A stretch of 64,000 bases of DNA from the human T2T-CHM13v2.0 reference genome, Homo sapiens, in NCBI RefSeq assembly GCF_009914755.1, contig NC_060927.1; one strand, 5' to 3'. A program made the translations under genes and the position numbers. Below, piece after piece: positions 44,533 through 58,360 of this stretch. Position 1 is the first letter of the stretch, and each line of letters opens with the position of its first letter. The notes under the pieces were generated by a model. The model searched no databases. It worked only from the letters and a program-made list of their open reading frames with translations, and was not told where the DNA came from.

Positions 44533-45259
44533 GTTCGTATCTTAAGACACAAATCATTTTAGCAATATTTTCTGACAAATATTTATTTTTCATTAACTCA
44601 AGCTGACTGAATTGGCATGCAGCCTCACTTCCATAATGGCTTTTTAATGTTTGTACTGAAAACCTCTGTTTCAAGTATCAGACTTACCTTAGAAAGTTTA
44701 GGCACATGTTTCCTGAAGTAAGTCATTTCAACATATATAAAATTCATCTTCAAAAATAAAAAGTAGATTTTATTGAATGAATATTTGCTTGATTTACAAA
44801 AGGGATCCTCATAGTTGTGTTTGAAAGTTGGGGACTTCCACATGCTTATGATTACTTTCCAAAAGGTTTTTTAAAAAGTACTAAACTGTAGATAGATAAG
44901 CACAACGTTTGGAAAAGCACAGATTAACTGCTTTCTCTAGGATTTTGTTGCCACCTTGCCCAGGCAGCTTTTTCTTGTCTGTTCTTAAGAATGGCCACTC
45001 TGCAACCAGCGTTTCTACCACCTGTTTCTTAGGGTTTTTGTGCTGTGTCTGTGATGCTAGCTTCCAACACACTAAAAGCATTCTGGGGAGTAGCAGAAAA
45101 TAACATGAATTTGGAACATTTGTATCTACAGTCTCATGAAAACGGTTTTTTTTTAATTATTTTGTGCTACAATTGAATCATTTGTTTCCTTGAAGTTTGG
45201 CATACAGGTATAACATTTATCCCTCCTGACCAGAGTATTTAGTAAGACAAATAACAAAA

Positions 45260-46430
45260 AAAAGCAGTTATAACACAGAGTTATGAGTAAAATGATCAGG
45301 AAGTTCAGCATGCTATGGGAGCACAGATGGAAAAAAGCACCTTTTGAGGTGGGGTGGGTCAATCCAAGTAGACTTCTTGAACTTTAAGGATTAGTAGAAG
45401 TTAGCCAGAAAAGGAGGGAGGGGAAAGGAATACTGTTCAACAGAGAGGAAACAGCATGTGCAAAGACCTGGAGGCTAGGGAGCTAAAACATGTTTAGTAT
45501 CACTTAGCCCTGGAGTATGAGTTGAACAGTAGATACTGATGAGGAAGAAGAGGTAACCAGAGACTTCTTTAGACCGTAGAAGGAGAGTAAACATCATCTT
45601 AAAAGCAGAGGAAGCAGTGATGACTTACGTCAAAGTGGTAATAGAGTCATATTCTTGAAATATTAGAAGAGACCATAGTGGAGGCAGGGAAGCCAGAAGG
45701 CTGTTGAAGCATTCTTGGTAAAGTATTAGTGATGGCTTACTTCTACTAGGTAATGTCTGTGGTGATAAAAATGAATTACCTCATTTGAGAGAGAGTTAAA
45801 AGGGCGAATGGATGGAACTTGGTGATTGACAGGGTTGAAGGAGCAGTAGAGAGGGAGAAGGGAAGTATCACACCCATTTTTCTGGCATGAAGAATAAGGT
45901 AGATGGGAATGCCACTGAGATAAGGCATTGATTCAGTACAGATACAGGAGTGAGGTGGTCAAAACAATCATTTTAGTTTTGGATGTTTGGCATTTGAGGC
46001 ATCTGTGAGTTTTCCAGGTAGATTTATCTGGTAAACTGTTGGATATATGGATTTGAGCTGAGCTAGAGATAATTTATTCATTCATTCATTCCGCAAATAT
46101 TTATTAAACCCTCTTAAGTGCCAGGAATTATTATATATGTATTGGGGATATTGTAGTAAATAGACAAAATCGCCCTGCCCTCAGAGATTATTTTTATAAA
46201 GTGGGAAGATAGACAATAAACAACAAAATAATTTCAGATAGTCACAGTACCCTGAAGATGAAACAGGGTAATGATACAGAGATGGGGGGAAGTGAAGGAG
46301 GGATTAGACAGGTGACCAGCGGTGGCCTTTCTCAGGTGGTGATACTTGAATCATGAGAAGGAACTAACTAGGTTTAAAGTCAGGAGGAAACATTTAAGGA
46401 AGAAAGAGGAGAATGTGTACAAAATTTTTG
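45260..46430 (-). mobile_element. L2 remnants
   Basis: GGAAACAGCATGTGCAAAGACCTGGAGG; ATTCATTCATTCATTCCGCAAATATTTATT L2 3' signature. Confidence 0.65.
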
Positions 46431-47047
46431 AAGGCCTTAAGGGCCCACTGAAGTCTCAACTACATTTTGTACCCCAACTTTTTGTCACTCCAGTGTGTTG
46501 GGTCACCCCAGAGCAAGTGCAGATACATCTTTTGATGGTTGATTTGAACATGAATTGAGAAGAGGGCAGAAATACCCAAATGTCTAATCTTTTCCTCTCT
46601 CTCTTTTTATCCTTCTTTGGGTTAACCTTTCCATATCTCATGAAATAAGAACGGATTCTCAATCTAGTGTTAAAGCAAATATTCAGAATATTCCCTGAAT
46701 TGTGTTTGCCTCTCTGAAATGCAAAATTAATTCTACTTCAGTCCTTTTTTACCCAAATATATATTAGTATTTCCTAAATGTGCCTTTGTTGTTCCCTACA
46801 ATATTAAGTGCAGGTTCTAAGGAGGAATTTGGTTTTCCCACCTATTTTACATTATTATATCTGTAAAAATCCAATAGCAATAGAACACAGAGACACAAAT
46901 AGAACTTAGGAGGATTCAGAGCTCCGCTTGGTTGAACAGAGAAGTTCATTAAACCAAGCAACTCATTCTGTTTTATAACAGATGATTTACTGGCTAACAC
47001 ATTGGAATGTGTGCCTGACTTTTATTTTCTGGTGAGTCTTCCAGTGA

Positions 47048-47099
47048 TAAAACCTAAAATCAGTGGTAGATTTTAAAACCTAAAATCAGTGGTAGATTT
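47048..47099. repeat. 26-bp perfect tandem duplication
   Basis: TAAAACCTAAAATCAGTGGTAGATTT twice. Confidence 0.9.
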
Positions 47100-47104
47100 T
47101 CCTA

Positions 47105-47327
47105 GAGCAAAGTTTCTCAACCTCAGCCCTACTGTCATTTTGGGCAGGGTAATTCTTTTTGTTCTGGGAGACTGTCCTATCCATTGTAGGATGTTAAGCT
47201 GCATCCCTGACCTCCACCCACTAGATGCTAGTTATATGCTCTCTTCATCTGTGACAGCCAAAAATGAGTATAGTTATTGCCAGTGTCCACTGAGAGTCAA
47301 AATCAATCTTGGTTGAGAAACTACTGT
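47105..47327 (+). mobile_element. MER20 hAT DNA transposon
   Basis: TTTCTCAACCTCAGC...CATTGTAGGATGTT...CACCCACTAGATGC...GGTTGAGAAACTACTG. Confidence 0.8.
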
Positions 47328-47967
47328 TTAGAGGAATTCTTAACTGTTTTTCTGAAGACACATACCTCATGCTTCAAGGGTATAGCCTACTGACCCTTCA
47401 GTAGGCAGCAAATTGAAGGCCTATTAGTAAAGTGAATTGATTTCTGTCACCCAGATCCTACTATGATGAGAGGAAGGCTGGCTACTTACTCGAGGGACAA
47501 CTTCTGTCAGCCATGTGGTACTGCTGGAGGTGACACTGGCATCTTATACGCAAATTTAGTTATTTGCATGGTGGAGTATTGAGAGATAAGGAAAATTATG
47601 AAAACTATCGTATGCTAGAGAATGTATCACTTAGTATTTAACATACACCAAATTATGTTTTGAAAAAGTGAGTAATGAGTGATTAGGTGTGTATGTGTTT
47701 TTATATATACATGCACATATATGTATTTATAATGTTACAGTTCCCTAATTATTTGTATGTTGGCTCTTTGGGATTTTGTGTATGCTTCAATTTTCTCCTT
47801 AACTAATCACTGTCATTATATCCTCTAAGTTATCTTTGTCTGGTTGATTACTGCATGAGATTTCACTAAATGAATTGGAAAAAAATGTTTTAGCTGTTTT
47901 GGAAGATGTATTTGCATCTTTTGTGTTGTTACCTACAGTTAATAACATACTTCCTGATATTCTGTAG

Positions 47968-48051
47968 CATACAGATGTCAGCTCTTTCCAGACAATGGAC
48001 CAAATGGTGTCAAATATGAGAAACTATATGCAGAAATTAGAAAGAAACTTC
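47968..48051 (+). CDS. MLF1: MLF1 exon (84 nt; HTDVSSFQTMDQMVSNMRNYMQKLERNF)
   Basis: Acceptor CTGTAG|C, donor TTC|GTAAGT. Confidence 0.97.
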
Positions 48052-49185
48052 GTAAGTACTAAAAACAAAGCATTGAGAACATTGTGTATACTTTGATATA
48101 TTCTATTTCATAGTGGCTTTCAAACACTTTTTTAACCATAGTGGTTAAAAAAGATACCTTACATGATTAACCCAATAAGCAATATTTGTATACTTTATAA
48201 ATATATTTGAAGCAAAAGTTTCATGAAAAAATGACTATACTATTTACAGTATATACAGTTATTTTCTAGTCTATTTCATGTATTAAAAATCCTGGTTACA
48301 ACCCACTAAATTGAGTTCATAACCTCCAAGTTTGAAAAATAATGTTAACTTTGAAAATTTTTTAAAAATTGGAAAAAAAATAACCTCAAAAACATTGATT
48401 CTATTGAAAGTCACTATTGTAAATGAACATTTTATATGAATTTGCATAATTTTATTATTAATAACCTGTCTACTTAAAAGGATTTGTAGCATCTGAAGAG
48501 TTTCAGGGTTTTATAAACGACTCTGAAAACAGAAATTTTAGGAATAATGTTTAGGTATAGTTCCCTAATAGTCCAAATAAACTAGTACTATAATAATACT
48601 CTCTATATTAACATCAAAACCAGTCACTTGATTTGATCTGAAGAAGACCCATAACATTCTAGTCATCCAGTTTGAATTCTATGGATCATTTCAGAATGCC
48701 CAAATAATCTAGGGCATTATTGGTTTTAGTAATGTAGCAATCTGGTACCTACAGGAGGAGGTACGAAACTTGATGTATAACTAATTGATTGGCTTAATGT
48801 TGGCAAGATTACACACAAGGGTCAACCACTGACTATAGAAGTATCACAGGTTTGGGGGCATAGCATCTTTATTGAAATCTAAGCCACGAGCACCCAAAGA
48901 CTTAAGGATCTCTGAGTGAATCACTTATTAGTCTTTGTAACGAGAGTGGGATAATTGTACCTAAAATGGACGACCGTTAGGACCCTCTAGGGGTGACTTT
49001 TTTTGGGCGGAGGTAATTTTTCAAGTCACTTCTCACTTGAGAACCTGGGTGTGCCTTTGACTACACCATATTGGTAGTTTAGTATCCTTAGTAGAACTTA
49101 CAGCTAGTGTTGTTACTTATTTGAACTCTCTGGCAATAATTATTTATATTTGACTCGACTGAATTTACAATTTGTTTACCTGTAG

Positions 49186-49314
49186 GGTCAACTTTCAGTG
49201 GATCCAAATGGACATTCATTTTGTTCTTCCTCAGTTATGACTTATTCCAAAATAGGAGATGAACCGCCAAAGGTTTTTCAGGCCTCAACTCAAACTCGTC
49301 GAGCTCCAGGAGGA
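49186..49314 (+). CDS. MLF1: MLF1 exon (129 nt; GQLSVDPNGHSFCSSSVMTYSKIGDEPPKVFQASTQTRRAPGG)
   Basis: Acceptor CTGTAG|G, donor GGA|GTAAGT. Confidence 0.97.
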
Positions 49315-50063
49315 GTAAGTTTTCTATAAGCATTCCTAAAGTTTTATAAAGTTAGGGGATGATAGACTGTCTAGATCAAATTTTAACTATTAAAATTTAA
49401 TCTGGTACAAGATGGTGGGGGGACAGGAGGGAGGTGTGGGGGTTGGGGGTAAGGTAGTCCTCACTGTGGAAACCATTAAAGCTCAACTGTATTTACTTAG
49501 TTTGTGGCATTTTTTTGTAGCCCCCCCACCCCCCCGTGAGGGTGCCTTTTTTCATGTAAATATCTATGGATGTTTATTACCTTTACATGTTGACAAGGTA
49601 AACAAAACACGAAAAGAAGCCTTTGTTTCATGAAATTAATGTCTATTTTTAAGTTTACATTTGAAGTGAATTAATTTTTTAACTCATGAAATATTTCAAG
49701 TGTACAGAAAGGATATAGAGAATAACATAATAAGTGCCCATATTCCTGCCACCCAGTTTAGTCATATCATAACATTTTTCTCTATTTGCTTCAAGTTGTC
49801 TCTTGCTTTGTTTTCTTTTTAAGCGAAAATGTACAGAGGCAGTTAAACCTTCTAATACATTCCTCTGAGGTCTATTTTCCCTTTCTCCCCTTCTCAGAGA
49901 TTACCATTTTCCTGTATCTGGAGTTTATCATTTTCACGCATGTTTTTACAATTTTATTACTTCACGTTTCTGTCATTAAAAAAATGGATTATTTTCCAGA
50001 TTTCCCAACATTACATAAAGGGTATCATATTGCATATGTCCTCTGCAACTTGTCTTTGCTGAG

Positions 50064-50246
50064 TAATATGCTTCTGAGATTTATTCAGCTTGATACATGT
50101 GGCCCTGGTTTCTTTAACTTCTATGTAGTATCCAAAATATGAATATATTATGATTAATACGCTTCTGAGATTTATTCAAGTTGATACATGTGGCCCTGGT
50201 TTCTTTAACTTCTATGTAATATCCAAAATATGAATGTACCATGATT
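50064..50246. repeat. ~91-bp tandem duplication inside an old L1 remnant
   Basis: GCTTCTGAGATTTATTCA...GGCCCTGGTTTCTTTAACTTCTATGT...ATCCAAAATATGAAT present twice. Confidence 0.9.
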
Positions 50247-51118
50247 TTTAAATCATTTTCTGTCAATAGATATGTAGGTGAGTCTAATCTTTCACTAATT
50301 CATCTTTATACATGGCTCCTTATACAGAGTCTAGGAGTGGTATTGCTGAGTTGTAGGGTATGTGTACTTTCCTCTTTACCTAGCGTTTCCAAGCTACTAT
50401 CCCAGTGATTGAAATTGTTGGCTTCCAAAACTGTGGCTTGTGAGTTTCCATTTCTCTACTTCCTTGTTAGTACTTATAGTAAAAATTTAGGTTTACCAAT
50501 CTAATGAATGTGAAGTAGTACATTTTTTAGTTCTTACATATAAAGATGAACCTTTTAATGATGCTTTTGCCATAGTTCTGCTAATTAATCTCAGACATTT
50601 TAATTTTAACTTTCTAAAAGTGACAAACTTAAATGTAAACAGAATATAATTGTAGATGTCCCACAGTAAATCATGTTAGTTGCTATCAGAAATATTCTTA
50701 TAATACTTCCATAGAGTTGATAGTCGGGAATCATGAGATTCAAGCCAATCAATATGACTGATGAATAATTAGTTGCCCTTATTTGTAGGAATCCCACCAT
50801 AAACTTCCTTCTATTACATTATCTAAGACAGTCTTGAAGGCATTAAACTATAATTGCTACTTTTGTTTTAATATTTGATTACAATTTGGAAAAAGGTTAA
50901 ATTGTATGGGTTCTGTTTGTTGTAGACATTTTCATTTTAAGGAGTTCAGGAAATATCAGAGACTTATTACCACAGTTTTACCACAAGTTAATAGTGGAAC
51001 TGAGCACACATTATTTTTAGAGCAATAGATCTATGGCCATATCTCTGTAGGTAAGCTGGCCCTGAGATATACATTCTATATATATTTAAATAATAATAAA
51101 ATTTCTTTATTTTTACAG

Positions 51119-51278
51119 ATAAAGGAAACCAGGAAAGCAATGAGAGATTCTGACAGTGGACTAGAAAAAATGGCTATTGGTCATCATATCCATGACCGAG
51201 CTCATGTCATTAAAAAGTCAAAGAACAAGAAGACTGGAGATGAAGAGGTCAACCAGGAGTTCATCAATATGAATGAAA
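51119..51278 (+). CDS. MLF1: MLF1 exon (160 nt; [53 protein letters not shown])
   Basis: Acceptor TTTACAG|A, donor AAA|GTAAGT; MLF-domain core seen in the ORF track. Confidence 0.98.
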
Positions 51279-52254
51279 GTAAGTTATCACAAAAAAATAA
51301 TATTCTTTCTTATAAATTTAAAATAACAGCTGTACTTGATGAATTTTTTTTTAGAAACATGTCATAAGATGTAGTTTTTGAATAATGCATGTAGAGAATA
51401 CCTTGTGAAAGTAATAGGATTGTGTTTTCATCCTTTCATAGGAGAGCTCTTTTTTATAGTGATTTTTGGCAATATGGGATATTACTTATTTTTATTTTAT
51501 CCTTGGAAAGTGGAATCTTTTGAATTGTTATTTAGTAATATCATTAGGCAAAATGTGTCTTTAAATATTTTTTCTGATTATCAAGAAAGTACATTTGAAA
51601 AGTATAAAGACAAAAATAATCCATAATCCAAACTCAAAATACTAGTAATATTTTAATGTATTTCTTCCTAATCATTTTATATATATAAACACTTTTTTCT
51701 CAAATTATTATTCTACTTTTATATAGTTTATATTGTGCTTATTTTAATTTACCATTATAATTGTAAAGTTACTTATGATGCTATTTTTCAAAAGCATTTT
51801 AAGTGGTTACCTTAAAGTTTTATTGTAAATAAGCCATAATTTTTACTTAAATCATTCTGTACTGTTCAGTACTTAGGCTTTTGTATAGACAAGATTTTAA
51901 TTTCTGTTATATGTTAGATTACATGTATGTCTCTCTCTCTCAAGTAAATCTTTTCTTTTTCTGGATTTTGTATTTATTCTTCAATGCATTTACATCCTTC
52001 TAGTGTCCTAACTCTTCTCCCTGTAGTTTTTAATTATATTACAATTTATTAACAAATTTAATCATTAAATTTAAATTATTTTTATTAATTTTTAAATCAA
52101 TATTAAGCTTTTATATTTAATTGTATTAATTCAATAATGAAATTATATTAAAATTTAGTTGGATTCATCTCCTAGTTTCAGAAAGTATTTTGAATAATGT
52201 TTTTCCATAATAGAGTGTTTAAATTTTAAATTGTTGTATTAAAAAAGAAATTCT

Positions 52255-53219
<965 letters not shown>

Positions 53220-53910
53220 GGGGTTTGATAAAATTATTCTTATGCAGTAAGATAGAAGCCATGATATTGTGACCTGTGTTTATTTGTAACCTCTGTAATT
53301 TTATCACATTTATATATATACTGAGTATTTCACAATAATCAACATTTTGATGAAAAATTGAGTGAAGGAACATAATATTTTAAAGCAGTCTTAAGAAGTA
53401 CTATCATGTCTCTATTGTTGCTATTATGGAAGTTAGATTACTTCATAACAACATGAATTGACATTCTAGCTGAGTAACCTGTCTTAGGAAATTGACAACA
53501 GAAACTTGTGAGGTCAAGTTACACAGAAAGATGGTTAGGTGAATAGAAGTGCTAGCCACAGAAGTATACACTATACAGGAAGAGTATATTCACTGTGAGA
53601 TGACCCAGGAAGAAAAACTGTTAGTTAATATAATTAGGTCAGCTGGTCCATTGGGTAGAATAATATGTTATCCAGGCAGTTGAAAAAATAGATCATCAAT
53701 AACTAGATCATCAGTAGGAATAGGAGAGGAACAGACAGGAAAACAAATACTACTTTTGTCAAAGACCCTTATATTTGAAGCAGCTTCCTGCCTCTGTATT
53801 GAGGTTACACTAATGAAAACACCAGACTAGACTGAAATATGTGGGAGCAAGGCAGTTACTGACAGTTGATACCTTAATACTTATTCCCATTATTTTTCTG
53901 TTTGACATAG

Positions 53911-54043
53911 GTGATGCTCATGCTTTTGATGAGGAGTGGCAAAGTGAGGTTTTGAAGTACAAACCAGGACGACACAATCTAGGAAACACTAGAATGAGAA
54001 GTGTTGGCCATGAGAATCCTGGCTCCCGAGAACTTAAAAGAAG
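53911..54043 (+). CDS. MLF1: MLF1 exon (133 nt; S-DAHAFDEEWQSEVLKYKPGRHNLGNTRMRSVGHENPGSRELKR-R)
   Basis: Acceptor CATAG|G, donor AAG|GTAAAA. Confidence 0.97.
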
Positions 54044-54661
54044 GTAAAAGTTGTTTCTAAAATAGTTTGGTTTTTTAAGAAGAATTTGAAGTAAAGTTAT
54101 GTAATTTACTTCTGTTATCAGAAAGTTTTGATGATCATCCAAATTGTATCCACAGTATCTTTTGTGAAAGATGTAATAATTTTATATGAAAGCTGATTAT
54201 TCCACACAAATTTAAATTTATATCTAAAAATCAATAACAGTTTAGGATTTTATGGTTAGTAATTCACTAGTAAACTATGCCTCAGAAGATAGAGACCAAA
54301 ATCCTCTTAAGGAAAACTGATATCCTGTAGTGTAGTTATTCTTGTAAAACACATTGTAATATGGATATAGATAGAGTCATACATTTCACACTGGTAAAGA
54401 TATCTAGAGATATGATAAGGGGAGAGGGGCTCTATTTGGAAGACTTAACAACTTTCTTAACAAATCAAAATTTAGCATTTAATAGTAAATTTCAGACACT
54501 TGTATAATATGTAACAGTACATGCAATACCATATTCGATGTGTATTAGATATTTTGGAAGAATTTTGCAAGAACATTAGCTTCTTTTAGAATTCCCTTTT
54601 AGAATAGCTGAGAAAAATAAATTTGCTGAAACCACATATTAAAGATTATAGAGATTTCTGT

Positions 54662-54960
54662 CTGGACATGGTGGCTCATACCTGTAATCCCAGCACTTCC
54701 GGAGGCCGAGGCAGGTGGATCAGTTGCGGTCAGGAGTTCGATACCAGCCTGGCCAACATGGTGAAACCCCGTCTCTACTAAAAATACAAAAATTAGCTAG
54801 GTGTGGTAGCACACACCCTGTAATCCCAGCTACTTGGGAGGCTAAGGCAGGAGAATTGCTTGAACCTGGGAGGCAGAGGTTGTGGTGAGCCAAAATCACA
54901 CCACTGCCCTACAGCCTGAGTGACAGAGCAAGACTCCATCTCAAAAATAAATAAATAAAT
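54662..54960 (+). mobile_element. Alu SINE
   Basis: Alu consensus, (AAAT)n tail. Confidence 0.92.
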
Positions 54961-55456
54961 ATTATAGAGTTTTTAAATACATTTTGTACATACTCTGGAG
55001 CTACAGTTTAATGTGGTTCTCAGAGGAATAAATGGATAATAATATCTAATTCCTATGAAGTTACACTCAAAGGCCTCACCAGACCTTAAATAGAAATCTG
55101 TTCTAAGCTATAAGAAAGTGGAAAATTGCTACAGAAGGTGGAAGCCTTCACAGAACTAGCAGTGGACAAGTGAGTATCAAGTAAATCAGAAGCCTTATGC
55201 AGAATTTCATATGCTAGGATCTTTTCTTCTAAAATACTTGTTTAGGAATTTAGAGCCCTAGTATTTTCTATTGAATTGCTTGAAAACTTGCTCCCATATT
55301 CATTATAGATATTTGTCTCATTTGAAAAATGTATTGATTAAAAACCTGGCAGTGCCAAGTTTGAATAGGAAATCCAGGTCGCACTTAGAGAAGGCATGCT
55401 CTTTATGGATGACCTATAAATTTCTGGCCCTAACAGTGGCATTTTCTCTTAACCGG

Positions 55457-55645
55457 CACTGTCCAATGGCATTTTCTGAAATGACTTCGGTAATGACAAA
55501 AATGCTATATATCTATTCTGTCCAGTGTAGTAATCACTAGCCACATGTGGCTGTTGATTCACATTTGAAGCATTGCTGGTACAACTGAAGAACTGAATTA
55601 TTTTATTTTAATTCAAATATAAATGTGGTTAGTGACTACCATACT
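55457..55645. mobile_element. MER3-like hAT fragment
   Basis: CACTGTCCAAT...CACTAGCCACATGTGGCT...GTTAGTGACTACCATACTG. Confidence 0.6.
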
Positions 55646-55688
55646 GTTAACATTAAACAGTGTTTAAACTATAAACAGTTAAATCTAA

Positions 55689-56059
<371 letters not shown>

Positions 56060-56200
56060 AGCCTTGTTTTTCAAAGCCATTAAGGAATTTTTAAGATAAA
56101 ACTTTTCTTATATTACAGTGGTTTTTAACATGTTTGTATTGATTTATAAACCATTGGCCATTTTTTAAATGATATTAATATTCACATGTATATTTCTCAG

Positions 56201-56306
56201 GGAGAAACCTCAACAAAGTCCAGCCATTGAACATGGAAGGAGATCAAATGTTTTGGGGGACAAACTCCACATCAAAGGCTCATCTGTGAAAAGCAACAAA
56301 AAATAA
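56201..56306 (+). CDS. MLF1: MLF1 last coding exon (EKPQQSPAIEHGRRSNVLGDKLHIKGSSVKSNKK*)
   Basis: Acceptor TTTCTCAG|G; TAA at 56304-56306; the seven canonical exons sum to 807 nt. Confidence 0.97.
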
Positions 56307-56478
56307 ATAGCCATGCATTTGATTTGTTTAGTTTTGATTGTTTTAACAGTTAGTAATGGTGCTGGGTAATAAGCATAAGACCAATCTCTTGCTGTTAAAT
56401 CAGTTCTGTCCTTGGCAACTTTCTTCTGATATCTGAATGTTCATGAAGGTCCTAGCTTTATATTGTCCCTCTTTTAGG

Positions 56479-56484
56479 AATAAA
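56479..56484 (+). terminator. MLF1: Proximal polyadenylation signal AATAAA
   Basis: AATAAA ~170 nt after the stop, CA dinucleotides ~12-15 nt downstream. Confidence 0.7.
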
Positions 56485-57539
56485 ATTTTGATTTTCAACA
56501 ATGTGAGTAAATTGAGTCTATTTAATGTAAAACTCTTTAAAACATACTAATTTTTTAAAGCTTATATGCTTATTTCGCTTCCCCAGTTGTTTTTGTGTTG
56601 GCTAAATATTCTTTTATATTTATCAAGATTGATTGCAGAGCAGTTCTATCACTTATAATTAGTTATAAGAAATTATAATGTTAAAAAAGTCTCAGTTTTT
56701 ACTAACACTGTACTAGGGTGATATTAATAAAGGTTTAAATAATTTATCTCTAATTTTATAATGTGTTGTAAAGCCAACTAGCTTAAAACTTTAAAAATAA
56801 TAAAGCAAAACTACACTAGTACTCTTTTATGAGAAAATAGTTACTATTTTGATAAAGGGCAAGGATAATCAAATAGTTCATTTTCAGAGAAAAATATTTT
56901 AAATTGCTAATGTACATGATTGTTTTGGTTATAATTTATTTATAGAATGTATCTTTTCTATATTACATTCTTAATATTCACCAGATATTATATTGACCAT
57001 TCTCTTTAACTTCTTAATGTGGCATATTTCTACTCTCCTTTCCCACAAACAGCTTCATCTGTCTCCAAGGTTAACATTCTGAAGCTGGAGAGTCCTTGGA
57101 GAAACTCTGCTCAGCTTTTTTGTGACATTTAGAAAAATGCATTTGGTATTCTCCAAACCAGAATGATACATTGTCTCAAAATCTGTTAGACAGCTGATGG
57201 GTGTTTTTGAGCAACGTCTTAATAATTCAGTTGTTTCTGTTTTAATTATACCATTAAAAATCAGCTTTAGCTTTTTAATTCTAGAATTTAAGCATCAGTC
57301 TGTTCTTATAAAAGTTAGGTTTGAAGTTTATAAGAATATAAAATCTTAACTCACATTTGTTGTTTAATATTTCTGTCAAGGAAAAAAGCCCCCAAAAATT
57401 GCTATCACTCTATAATCCTAAGTATTTTTCTTTTCAATTTTGTAAGTAAAATTATATGACTATGTTCATACTTCTCTAATTTTTTATATAATATTTTTGT
57501 TAATTTTACTAGTTTGTGTTTTATGCCTTTAGTCATTAA

Positions 57540-57545
57540 AATAAA
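57540..57545 (+). terminator. MLF1: Candidate distal polyadenylation signal AATAAA (preceded by ATTAAA)
   Basis: Overlapping ATTAAA/AATAAA after a U-rich stretch, followed by GT-rich sequence. Confidence 0.55.
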
Positions 57546-58056
57546 ATGCAAATGTGTTAATTCATTGTTGAAATTGAGCATGTATTAGTTAAAAATTTCC
57601 TTTTAGGCATACTTTAGTATACTCCTAACATACCATAACACATTGGGAAATTGTCATAAGGCACACATTTTAAATAACATCTTGATATAAATTAACCTGA
57701 TAGAGCAAAGTCTTAATAAAGTACATACTTGATTTTCCTTTTGCCTAAATCATTACACTGATGATAACTTGAATCATTGTAGTCAAATCTAAAAACACCC
57801 TTTAATAAATAATTGTGTTTAACAGTATAATTCCTGTACATCAGATTGCAGTTAGAGATTGTGGTGAGGCAGAATTTGAGATGGTAGTACCGAGAAAAGT
57901 TCTGTTTCTTTCTTAAAAGTCAACTCTATCTTTGCACCATAAAAACATAACTATCGATATCTATACCCCAGAATAATATTTGTTTGCAACAACTTCTTAT
58001 GATGGGTGTTTAATACTGTTAGTCTGTAAATTGAAACTATTTAAAACTATATACAT

Positions 58057-58360
<304 letters not shown>

